From: a virus
Lineage: Duplodnaviria > Caudoviricetes
Length of the DNA stretch: 64,000 nucleotides
Strand: one strand, 5' to 3'
Virus record (IMG/VR): IMGVR_UViG_3300012038_000181
Coordinates: 1-64,000 of that record
Shown here: in pieces, positions 8,699 through 17,141 of the stretch
How positions within the stretch are numbered: the first letter of the stretch is position 1
Layout of the letters: every line of letters starts with the position of its first letter
Translations under genes and position numbers: made by a program
Notes under the pieces: generated by a model
What the model was told of the DNA's origin: nothing
The model's input: only the letters and a program-made list of their open reading frames with translations
Database searches by the model: none

Positions 8699-9016
8699 AT
8701 GGCGACAAGCGCAGCTCCATTTGGGACAGCACTAGAGATAATTCGTTCCGTTACGGTCACCACTATTATTACTGATGGGGCGACTAACCTTGTGACCTCT
8801 CCGTCAGGCGGAGCGAAGACCGTCACGCTCCCATCTATTGCCAACATGATTGCCAGTCAAAACCTGCTGATTTTTATTAACAATGCGGCGGGGGGCGGCG
8901 GCAACATTACCGTCGCGGCGGCAGGGAGTGATGCCATCATCGGGCAAACAGCGGTAGCAGTTGGTACGGGAGTTACCTACCGTCACGATGGCCGCGCAAC
9001 CTGGTATTCCACATAA
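8699..9016 (+). CDS. Third, repeat-less paralog of the small beta-domain virion protein
   Basis: AKTVTLP..LIFINN..NITVAAAGSDAIIG..DGRATW aligns with 7024/8120 head domains; RBS GGAGG. Confidence 0.65.
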   Translation: MATSAAPFGTALEIIRSVTVTTIITDGATNLVTSPSGGAKTVTLPSIANMIASQNLLIFINNAAGGGGNITVAAAGSDAIIGQTAVAVGTGVTYRHDGRATWYST

Positions 9017-9049
9017 GGCGACGATATGACCTCGACATCGCAGAAGTTT

Positions 9050-9688
9050 TTACTCTACGTGTTTCCAAGTTTGGCGATGTACGATTTTGGCGATACCCGA
9101 AATTGAGAGATTAAATTGTTTAGCAAGTTTACCAAAACTCGATTGGCCCGTAGCGTAAGTGGTGCGAATTTCACGTACTTGCGCTTCGCTCAATCGTGCA
9201 TGATGGGAATCCTCGCCAACGATCATAGAAACAATTTTAAGACGGCCCGAAAGCACTTCTTCCAAAGGGTGTCGTTCCAATCTGCCGTACAGCACTTGAT
9301 AAGACAGTCCCAAGTGTTGTGCCCATTCCGCAATCGAACGAGTCTCACCGTTGAAAGTAATCGACGTAGGATGGCGTCGGTTGTCCACTTGCTCCTTACG
9401 AGTGGCCCATCGCACGTTATTAGGCTCGTAGTTTCCGTTCTTATCGGGGTAGCGATCTATTGTATGTTTAGGGGTGGGGCGAAGCCCAACATCCCTAATG
9501 AAGCACGCAAAAGAATCAATCCATTCTTGACAGACGGTGATACCGCGTCCGCCGTAGTAAGAATAGGCTTGATTGTTTGGATTCAAGCATCGTTGCTTCA
9601 TAGAATCCCAAGTGTGGTATTCAGGACTTCCCGAAAGCCCGTGAGATTCGTGGTGTTGACGAATTTGTGGAGTATAGTTACTCGGCAT
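9050..9688 (-). CDS. Free-standing HNH-like homing endonuclease with C-terminal HTH
   Basis: EYHTWDSMKQRC..YYGGRGITVC..TIDR..NGNYEPNNVRWAT; C-term LSEAQVREIR..LAKQFNLS..TWKH; RBS AAGGAG. Confidence 0.88.
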   Translation of the reverse strand: MPSNYTPQIRQHHESHGLSGSPEYHTWDSMKQRCLNPNNQAYSYYGGRGITVCQEWIDSFACFIRDVGLRPTPKHTIDRYPDKNGNYEPNNVRWATRKEQVDNRRHPTSITFNGETRSIAEWAQHLGLSYQVLYGRLERHPLEEVLSGRLKIVSMIVGEDSHHARLSEAQVREIRTTYATGQSSFGKLAKQFNLSISGIAKIVHRQTWKHVE

Positions 9689-9756
9689 GATCTAGTCTCC
9701 TTAATAGACAGATTGTGTTGGGCTATGTCGGGGGTCACATCCCGCATGGCCCTATC

Positions 9757-9767
9757 ATTTTACCACA
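9757..9767 (-). promoter_or_regulatory. Extended -10 promoter (TGTGgTAAAAT) for HNH 9050-9688
   Basis: Reverse complement of ATTTTACCACA. Confidence 0.6.
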
Positions 9768-9780
9768 AAGAGGCGACGAT

Positions 9781-10164
9781 ATGAGTGGATCGCAGAAGTT
9801 TTTCAGCGAGGTTTGTTCATTAACAGAGCGCACGCCGACAAGCGTAGCGTCGTTGATGATTGCCGCAGGCTATGGCAGAGAGAAAGATGCAAATAACGAC
9901 ATCACGACCCAACCGTCACTAGACGGGTTCATTGGTTCGCAGTGTTTCATCATCCCGCAGACTGCGGGCATCTATATAGGTCACGATCAGTATGTCTCGA
10001 ACACGGCGTTGAGTGGGCCACCAAGAATGTATAAAGGGGTTCCCGTAGCAAGTGGTGATAATTACAACGTGGTGAATCCTATGCGTGGGATAGTTGATGC
10101 AAACGCTATCTGGTTGTTCTCGACCACGACGCAGGAAATTGGCATCGTATTTGTGGCAACGTAA
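9781..10164 (+). CDS. Hypothetical virion structural protein
   Basis: RBS AGAGG then ATG at 9781; beta-rich 127 aa. Confidence 0.65.
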   Translation: MSGSQKFFSEVCSLTERTPTSVASLMIAAGYGREKDANNDITTQPSLDGFIGSQCFIIPQTAGIYIGHDQYVSNTALSGPPRMYKGVPVASGDNYNVVNPMRGIVDANAIWLFSTTTQEIGIVFVAT

Positions 10165-10256
10165 TTTTCAAGGGCGCACAACAACAGCCCTATATTTGGC
10201 GCGGATTGCGGTCTTCTTCCTTTTCACCGTAGGCCGCGCCTTTAGTTTTTTAGATT

Positions 10257-12917
10257 ATGGCAAAAACCATCATAGAGGCGATAAATAGCGCATCGACTTA
10301 CCAGTTTGAAGGCGATACCGCGGAGTTACGGCTGTATCCAACTCAGACCTTTCTTGCTTCTACGGGGCAGATGGTCGGGCAAGGTTCGCCGTGGAACACT
10401 GAGAGTTGGTATTTACCCGTCACTTGTGATGTGCAGCCTACGGGCGTGCTTTATGTCCCATCCTTTGAAATAGATTCCACTACCGATGGTCAGCCGCGCA
10501 CTTCCAAATACATAGCAGCTTTATTTGACGAAGGTGGAGCTTATATAGGGCCATTCCCGTTAATGAATCCGAACGGGTTTGCCATTCCGCCTCCTGAACT
10601 GATGCCTACCCCGACGTGGGGGCAGTTACAGATTTACAACCGACTTCCTACGCTTCTCTATCCACCACAGACCTATCCGACGCGAGATGAGATGTACGCG
10701 GCGATTGCTGCTGCGCTCGGAGAACAAGGGCCAAAGGCGTCAGAAACCGTAGTCGGGATTACGGCGTTAAGCGAAGACCCGACAGACCCGCAGTTTCCGA
10801 TTGCGGTCTCAGTGACCGATCCTATATGGGAAGAATTTGTTGATGGTGGCCCTAACGCTTCCATCACGGTTAAGGGGCTTACCAAACTAGATGTTGCGCC
10901 TGCTAGTGCGACCGATCCTATCGCAGTTGGTGTTAATTCTCCTCGTGTGGCCCAAAAAGCCATTGTAGCTACAGGAGTCGAGGTGACGGATACGGCAGCA
11001 CTTCAGGCGGCTATTACGAGTTTAGGTGCCGCAGGTGGAGTGATCCGCACCCTAAGTTCACTTGCTACTCCGCTAAAAATTGATGGGACGGGAATCACAT
11101 TTCCGGCTTTAACTAACACAATCACATTTGAGGTGTTTGGGTATTGGGATTTGTCTGGTTCAGATCACACGCTGACCTTTCCCAATGGGGTAAATTGGGT
11201 CGGGCTTGGTGGAGCGGCAAATCTTCAATTTCAACACGCAGGCCCGACGGCGGGGATTATTCCGCCAACTGGTAATGTGACAACTCTGAAATTAACTGGA
11301 GCCAATAATCAGTTAATTCAAAATCTGGCTATTGATAGTTGTTCAGGAATTGGAATTTACATGGATGGAGTGAGTGCGTTAGGAGCACTCAAGACGCTGG
11401 AAAACGTAGCGGTTGTAGCATCTACAGCGGTGACTTCACAGCCGATTCAGATAGATGCTGTCTTTTGGGTTTGGATGCGCGATTGTTCATTCCTTTCGAC
11501 CTCGACATCGCTGCATTCAATACGGATTACGACATCTAGTGCTGCTCATAGTGCTGCGGGGTTGATCTACATTGACGATACCATAATTGCAGGGAAAGGA
11601 ATCAAGGTTGACGCGCAGGTAAATGTAAGCAGACAAGGAAATATATTCCTAACAAACGTACACGCTGAGTCGTTAAGCGACAGTTTACTCACCTTGGACG
11701 GAACGAATGGGCCAATCGCTAACATTGCGCTCAACCAAGTAGGCGTATCGGACTCGGTAAGCCTGCCCTATATTTTCAACGTAGTTGCTGGCCCTATAAA
11801 GAACATTTTCGTTAGAGACTCGGATAATTTAGCTACTGAAGCTGGAAGTACGCTGTGGGTTAATAACACAGCCAGCATAAATAATTTAGTCATTGAGGGC
11901 GGCAGAGATTTTGAATATGTGACGGGATGGTCGCTAGGAACCGCGCAACGTAATTACGTCTTAACGAGGGACGGACAAGTAGACAGTTCGTGGTTGGGTC
12001 AAGGCGCGGCCATGAGTCCGAGTTTAATTCCGTATACAAGTTTGGCGGTAAATCAAGACGCGTCAGCATGGGGTGGGTTGACAGGAACCGCGACGGTGAC
12101 TACTGGAATAATTGCTCCAGACGGTACAGCGACCGCCGCCACTCTTTCTTCTGCGGGCGGGGAACGCGCCCGTCGAGTGTATGCTGTGAGTGGCAGGTCA
12201 GCGGCTGTTGGTGATTGGGTTATGGTGGGTGTTTGGATGCGATCCGAAGACGCAACAGTCCCGTCTTATACTGGAAGCGTTTTTGCTACAAATTCAGGTA
12301 GCGGGCCAGCGACATTTGATTCAACCCTCACAACTCTGGGGCTGTCAAACGATCCTTCGCAAAGATTAAGCGCATCATGGGTTCCTGTTGTAGTGGCTGG
12401 CAAGATAACCACGTCACCCTCTGCGACTTATGATTTCATCATGGATTTGAAGTGTGATTCCACTCACCCGACTTCCTATTGGATGCCTTTTATTATTCAC
12501 ATTCCAGCGGCAACTTTGACAGATGCTGAAGTAATAAGGTTCAAACGGTATCTAACGAACGTGGTATCGAGTGTTCCTACAGGATCGTTGGCGATGTACC
12601 CGCACCAAAGTTTCTACGCGGGGAGGGTTATTTCGCAAGTCATTACCACCTTCGCAGACGCCGATACAACCCCCTCAGTGGCTGCCGGAAATGAGTTCAC
12701 GGCAACGAATACGGCCCCCACGTCCATCACTACGTTTGACGACGGAGTGAACGGTCAAACCATTACTATTCTTTTTACCAATGGTAATTCAACGATTGTT
12801 AATGGAGCGTCAGTCAAATTGTTGGCGGCAGGTAACTTTGTGGGTAGTGCCGACGATACCTTAACGCTCACACGTAGAGGCGGAACCTGGTACGAAATCG
12901 GAAGAAGCGTGAACTAG
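10257..12917 (+). CDS. Tailspike/tail fibre with pectin-lyase-like beta-helix
   Basis: Fibre motifs KASETVVGIT / NASITVKGLTKL, DTAALQAAI beta-helix cap, parallel beta-helix-like repeats, C-terminal ..TWYEIGRS domain; no signal peptide. Confidence 0.75.
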   Translation: MAKTIIEAINSASTYQFEGDTAELRLYPTQTFLASTGQMVGQGSPWNTESWYLPVTCDVQPTGVLYVPSFEIDSTTDGQPRTSKYIAALFDEGGAYIGPFPLMNPNGFAIPPPELMPTPTWGQLQIYNRLPTLLYPPQTYPTRDEMYAAIAAALGEQGPKASETVVGITALSEDPTDPQFPIAVSVTDPIWEEFVDGGPNASITVKGLTKLDVAPASATDPIAVGVNSPRVAQKAIVATGVEVTDTAALQAAITSLGAAGGVIRTLSSLATPLKIDGTGITFPALTNTITFEVFGYWDLSGSDHTLTFPNGVNWVGLGGAANLQFQHAGPTAGIIPPTGNVTTLKLTGANNQLIQNLAIDSCSGIGIYMDGVSALGALKTLENVAVVASTAVTSQPIQIDAVFWVWMRDCSFLSTSTSLHSIRITTSSAAHSAAGLIYIDDTIIAGKGIKVDAQVNVSRQGNIFLTNVHAESLSDSLLTLDGTNGPIANIALNQVGVSDSVSLPYIFNVVAGPIKNIFVRDSDNLATEAGSTLWVNNTASINNLVIEGGRDFEYVTGWSLGTAQRNYVLTRDGQVDSSWLGQGAAMSPSLIPYTSLAVNQDASAWGGLTGTATVTTGIIAPDGTATAATLSSAGGERARRVYAVSGRSAAVGDWVMVGVWMRSEDATVPSYTGSVFATNSGSGPATFDSTLTTLGLSNDPSQRLSASWVPVVVAGKITTSPSATYDFIMDLKCDSTHPTSYWMPFIIHIPAATLTDAEVIRFKRYLTNVVSSVPTGSLAMYPHQSFYAGRVISQVITTFADADTTPSVAAGNEFTATNTAPTSITTFDDGVNGQTITILFTNGNSTIVNGASVKLLAAGNFVGSADDTLTLTRRGGTWYEIGRSVN

Positions 12918-12925
12918 GGAGATTT

Positions 12926-13255
12926 ATGAGATTCAAAGTTGTGCTGTTTACCGCAGTTTTGGTTACGTCATTATTTGTAGCTACAAGTGCTCAAGCACCT
13001 TCAGACCCGAAACTTGATGCTGATTCACAGGCGAAGTTGAAGGTTGCATTTGATAACTGGCAGAAGGCGTTAGAAGCGGCAGAAGTCGCTAAGTTGAGTT
13101 TCAATGCCACGATGTATCAGGTTATGGCTGAGGCGAAAGTAAGTCCAAAGGAATATCAGTTGTCGATTGAAAAAGGAGCGTTTGTGTTGACAAAGGTGGA
13201 AGTAGCTAAAGCCCCTGAAGTTCAGAAAGCCCCCGCGAATAAACCGAAGGAATAA
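12926..13255 (+). CDS. Secreted helical protein (Sec signal peptide)
   Basis: MRFKVVLFTAVLVTSLFVATSA-Q; charged helical body. Confidence 0.7.
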   Translation: MRFKVVLFTAVLVTSLFVATSAQAPSDPKLDADSQAKLKVAFDNWQKALEAAEVAKLSFNATMYQVMAEAKVSPKEYQLSIEKGAFVLTKVEVAKAPEVQKAPANKPKE

Positions 13256-13259
13256 TGTA

Positions 13260-14585
13260 ATGAAAAGACTTCTCTTGCTCGTTCTCTTACTTGTTTGTCC
13301 CTTGATTGCGGAAGCGCAAGTCACTTCTACTCCAGTGGTTTTTGTAACTGTTGCTCCCACAGTTTGCCAACCCAAGAAGCTCTACTCGCTCACTACAAAT
13401 GGAAATCTCTATGAGCGTTTAGGCTCATCGGGCACCGCTTGTACCTTGATAGTGAACGCTGCGGGAGGCGTGATTTCGGGATCAGGTACTACCAACACAA
13501 TGACTAAGTGGACGAGCGCAACTGCGTTGGGAAACGCCTTAATGACTGATGATGGCTCGCTTATCGTGGCGGCTGTTACGCCAACTACGGGGAATGGATT
13601 TACAGTATCCGGCGCAACCGTTACTTCAGGCAACTTAGTTTCCATTGCTGCGTCAGGCACGGCAGCGGCGAGTAACACCAAGACCGCTTTGAGTGTCGCC
13701 ACGAGCGGAGCAAATGCAACGAACGCGATGACTACGTTTGGAGCGGTGATCTCCAATACAAGTACTAACGGTACATCGGGAACTAACGTCGCGCTTCAGT
13801 TGACTGCTAGTGGGGCCACCACCGCGAACACTGCGCTGAATATTACCGCAGGGCAAATCCTTGGAGCCGATGGTACGGCGGCGAGTCCTGAATATAGTTT
13901 CGGGACTGAGACCGGAATGGGCATGACTAGAACCAGTTCAGGCATTCTAGGCTTCTATGTCTCAGGTATTCGTCAGTTTGATATTCGAGCGGCGGGAGCT
14001 GTCTATATCCCGCTGAATACAGCGACATTTTCTTTGGGAACTAACGCGGATGTCAGGCTTTCTCGACAAGCTGACGGGGTACTTCAGATAGGCGCGGCAG
14101 CAGGTAACGCCACAGGCTCGCTACTAGCCACCAACGGGACTTTTACTGGCACTATTACTAACGCGGGCATTGCATCTGATGCGGCAACCACTAACAATAC
14201 AGTTTGCACAACTACGACCACGAATGTCTTTACAAAAGGATCGGGCGTCGGAGGTTTGTGTTTGGGTACGTCATCGGCTCGATTCAAGAATCACATTCAG
14301 GGTCTTACTGATGGCCTTGCGGTCGTTACGCAACTTCAGCCGAAACGATTCTTTTACAATAAAGGTTATGGTAACTCAGGGGCTAAAGAGAGTATCGGGT
14401 TTGTTGCTGAAGATGTTCAGAAGATTGCTCCACGATTGGTAGCATTAGACGCTAAGGGGCAACCATCATCCGTAGATTATCTCGGCATAGTGCCAATGCT
14501 GGTCAACGCGATCAGGGAGCAGCAAGCCGAGATTCAGTTACTCAAGCAGCAAGTAAAGTCTTTGACGCGCAAGCGTAAGCATTGA
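13260..14585 (+). CDS. Fibre-like protein with signal peptide and C-terminal peptidase S74 intramolecular chaperone domain
   Basis: MKRLLLLVLLLVCPLIAEA-Q; T/A/S/G-rich shaft; TSSARFKNHI..IGFVAEDV..VDYLGIVPMLVNAIREQQ coiled-coil end. Confidence 0.85.
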   Translation: MKRLLLLVLLLVCPLIAEAQVTSTPVVFVTVAPTVCQPKKLYSLTTNGNLYERLGSSGTACTLIVNAAGGVISGSGTTNTMTKWTSATALGNALMTDDGSLIVAAVTPTTGNGFTVSGATVTSGNLVSIAASGTAAASNTKTALSVATSGANATNAMTTFGAVISNTSTNGTSGTNVALQLTASGATTANTALNITAGQILGADGTAASPEYSFGTETGMGMTRTSSGILGFYVSGIRQFDIRAAGAVYIPLNTATFSLGTNADVRLSRQADGVLQIGAAAGNATGSLLATNGTFTGTITNAGIASDAATTNNTVCTTTTTNVFTKGSGVGGLCLGTSSARFKNHIQGLTDGLAVVTQLQPKRFFYNKGYGNSGAKESIGFVAEDVQKIAPRLVALDAKGQPSSVDYLGIVPMLVNAIREQQAEIQLLKQQVKSLTRKRKH

Positions 14586-14611
14586 CGTACCCGTAGGCAT
14601 AGGCGTAGGAT
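14582..14611 (+). promoter_or_regulatory. Sigma70-type promoter TTGACG-18-TAGGAT
   Basis: Read directly; spacer carries TAGG hexamer repeats; 10 nt before ATG 14622. Confidence 0.6.
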
Positions 14612-14621
14612 GGTTTTTGAA

Positions 14622-14783
14622 ATGCCCTATACAAGTAAAACCATCTCGCTTCACCACCAAGTTTGGGAGTTCCTTGAGTGCCAGAAAAAGGTGTATGGAT
14701 CGTACAACAAGGCGTTGAAAGCACTGCTCATTGACAAGCCAAAGGTTAGCAAGCGAGACAAAAAGAAAGAGGAAATAAAATGA
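14622..14783 (+). CDS. Small ribbon-helix-helix-like DNA-binding protein (53 aa, below the ORF track cutoff)
   Basis: MPYTSKTISLHHQVWEFLECQKKVYGSYNKALKALL; stop overlaps ATG of 14780. Confidence 0.55.
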   Translation: MPYTSKTISLHHQVWEFLECQKKVYGSYNKALKALLIDKPKVSKRDKKKEEIK

Positions 14784-15373
14784 AGGCTCTTTTGCTCGTA
14801 CTCGCGTTTGCTTTACCAATCTTTGCTCAAGAATCCAATGTCCACGTCGCAGGTGTCTTGCAAGCGACTGCTAACTTAGGTTTCGGTAATCCAATCTACG
14901 GCGCACAAGTCGGTGGAGATTATCGCATCAACAAGGTAGTGCTCTCAGGTGACTTCTCAGTGTTACGGCTCAAGAAGAACGTAGGCGGCTCAGGAATGCA
15001 GTTTACCGCCAAAGAGGGCGTCAGGGTCTACCTCAACAAGAAGTTCTTCGTGCAAGGCGTCTCGCGTCAATGGAAGTATGATGTAGAGCAATTCGGTAAG
15101 TCAGGAGTAGATATTGGTGGTGGAGGAGGGGTTTTCTTTCTCGGTGAAAATATGGCAGGGACGTTTGCTGCTAACTATTTACACAACGTCCACGAGACAC
15201 AGCGACCAAGTGGAGTGGATTCCAAGCAGAAAACGGTTGACGCAGAGTTACGATTGTACCTTCAGCATCATGTGTTCTTCGCGCCAAGGTTAGCGGTCTC
15301 AAGATTCAAGTCAGGAAACACGAATTTGACGGGCGTGAGTGTCGCGGTACAAGTTGGATTCTGGTTTAAGTAG
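14780..15373 (+). CDS. Outer-membrane beta-barrel protein candidate
   Basis: Signal peptide IFA-Q; alternating amphipathic strands; C-terminal VAVQVGFWFK resembles a beta-signal. Confidence 0.7.
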   Translation: MKALLLVLAFALPIFAQESNVHVAGVLQATANLGFGNPIYGAQVGGDYRINKVVLSGDFSVLRLKKNVGGSGMQFTAKEGVRVYLNKKFFVQGVSRQWKYDVEQFGKSGVDIGGGGGVFFLGENMAGTFAANYLHNVHETQRPSGVDSKQKTVDAELRLYLQHHVFFAPRLAVSRFKSGNTNLTGVSVAVQVGFWFK

Positions 15374-15385
15374 GTTACTGAGAAT

Positions 15386-16717
15386 ATGAAGAACTTTCTC
15401 GTTGGCGTAATCCTAATCTTGGCTGCTAGTGGGGCCGCGTATTCTCAAGCTAGGACTGCAAGCCAAATTCAAACTGCCCCGTTTTCGCAACTGACTACCG
15501 ACCTTCCTTCGGCCACAGTTCGTGTCTGTATTAACTGCCAAGCAAATGCGGCTACGGGTGTTTGTGAAAGTGGCGCGTACCAGATGGTGGCAACGAGACT
15601 TGACGATGCATGGAAGTGTACGAAGTACGATCCGAACGAGAACGGCGGTGGCATTTGGGGTTCAATTACAGGAACGCTCTCTAATCAAACCGACCTGCAA
15701 ACCGCCTTAAACCTGAAAGCGACGTTAGCAAGTCCCACGTTTACGGGAACAGTAACGATTCCAACTCCGTTTACTTTGGCAGCGGTGTCGGTTTTACCGA
15801 CCGGAACAGAGTTGAATTTTGTTGACGGGGTTACGTCTGCGATTCAAACCCAACTCGATGCGAAGACGCCTACATCGCGCACTGTTTCCACGTCTAGTCC
15901 ACTTGGGGGCGGTGGAGCGTTATCGGGCAATCTTACGCTGACTTGCGCTACATGTGTCACTAGTGCTGCACCCTTGACCTCTACCGCGTTAGTTACGGGC
16001 GCAGGCAGTCAGGGGTCACAAACTCCTTCTGCGACCGCTACACTTGATTCCAGCGGTAATCTCTCTACGGCAGGCTCACTAGCTACGGGCGTTGGCGGGG
16101 CAGTGGCGGGGAATATTGGGTTAGGTCAGGGAACCGCTACTAGTGTGGCTGTAAATACCATTCAGCATCAGGCTCCAACAAGCGTAACGGGTTACAATTT
16201 AGTTTATCCTTCAGCAGCAGGTTCGGGACTCCTTCAGTGGACTAATTCAACCGACGTAATGACTGGTACGTTAAGCGCGTTGACTTCAGGGCGTGTTACC
16301 TTCGCTACGACGAATGGGCTGCTCTCCGATGATGCTGACTTAACCTTCGCTACCGACACACTTACTGCTACTAAGATTATTGGTTCTACGAGTGCTACGT
16401 CAGCAACTTACCTTACGGCAACCAACTGTGCGGATTCAGCAGGGGCAGCGGCTTGTGGTTCAGCGGCAGCAGGTAGCGTGGTAATTGATGCAGCAGGGAC
16501 TTCCGTGGTCGTCAGCACGACTGCCGTAACCGCGAACAGTCAGATTTTTATTCAGGAAGATTCATCGCTCAACACACGACTAAGCGTGACTTGTAATACT
16601 GTTACCGGACGACTCTACACGGTTACGGCACGCACGGCGGCAACGTCATTCACAATTACTACGAGTGCCGCTCCAATAACTGATCCCGCTTGTTTGAGTT
16701 ATAAAATTGTCAACTAA
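15386..16717 (+). CDS. Tail-fibre-like protein with Sec signal peptide
   Basis: AYS-Q cleavage; phage fibre motifs WGSITGTLSNQTDLQTALN, LASPTFTGTVT, LNFVDGVTSAIQTQLDAK. Confidence 0.75.
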   Translation: MKNFLVGVILILAASGAAYSQARTASQIQTAPFSQLTTDLPSATVRVCINCQANAATGVCESGAYQMVATRLDDAWKCTKYDPNENGGGIWGSITGTLSNQTDLQTALNLKATLASPTFTGTVTIPTPFTLAAVSVLPTGTELNFVDGVTSAIQTQLDAKTPTSRTVSTSSPLGGGGALSGNLTLTCATCVTSAAPLTSTALVTGAGSQGSQTPSATATLDSSGNLSTAGSLATGVGGAVAGNIGLGQGTATSVAVNTIQHQAPTSVTGYNLVYPSAAGSGLLQWTNSTDVMTGTLSALTSGRVTFATTNGLLSDDADLTFATDTLTATKIIGSTSATSATYLTATNCADSAGAAACGSAAAGSVVIDAAGTSVVVSTTAVTANSQIFIQEDSSLNTRLSVTCNTVTGRLYTVTARTAATSFTITTSAAPITDPACLSYKIVN

Positions 16718-16724
16718 GGAGATT

Positions 16725-17132
16725 ATGAGAAAAAGCGCGATATTCATTGGTGCCATCTTCCTGCTTAGTGCGGGCGTCTACGCTCAACAAACAGGTTCAC
16801 TAGTCTGGAATCCGAAAGGAGCTGTGACTACAATCGACGCGCCCGCGAGTGGGACTTTCACGTTTACGCTGCCAGGAAAGTCGGGGACGTTTGCGCTGCT
16901 CTCGGACATCCCAACTACGTTACCGACTCCCGTTCCTGCTCCAAGCGTCCCGCAATACTTTGGCGCAGTGGTTTTGGTGAATGGGACGGGCTCAGTGACG
17001 TTTGCTACGGCAGTAAGTGGATGTCGAGTGTCGGATAGAAGTGGTAATTCGGTGAAGTACGGCCCGACTGCTAATGCGGCTATCTGGCAATTCTCTGGAG
17101 TTGGCCCAACCGTTGATTATGAGTGTCGCTAA
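16725..17132 (+). CDS. Small secreted fibre-associated protein
   Basis: RBS AAGGAG; MRKSAIFIGAIFLLSAGVYA-Q; TFTLPGKSGTFALLSDIP fibre motif. Confidence 0.7.
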   Translation: MRKSAIFIGAIFLLSAGVYAQQTGSLVWNPKGAVTTIDAPASGTFTFTLPGKSGTFALLSDIPTTLPTPVPAPSVPQYFGAVVLVNGTGSVTFATAVSGCRVSDRSGNSVKYGPTANAAIWQFSGVGPTVDYECR

Positions 17133-17141
17133 TTGCCAACC

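Noticed and set aside
8385-8735. Alternate-frame ORF over the G-X-S repeat (and 7304-7567)
   Set aside because: Frame-shifted reading of repeat DNA lacking stops
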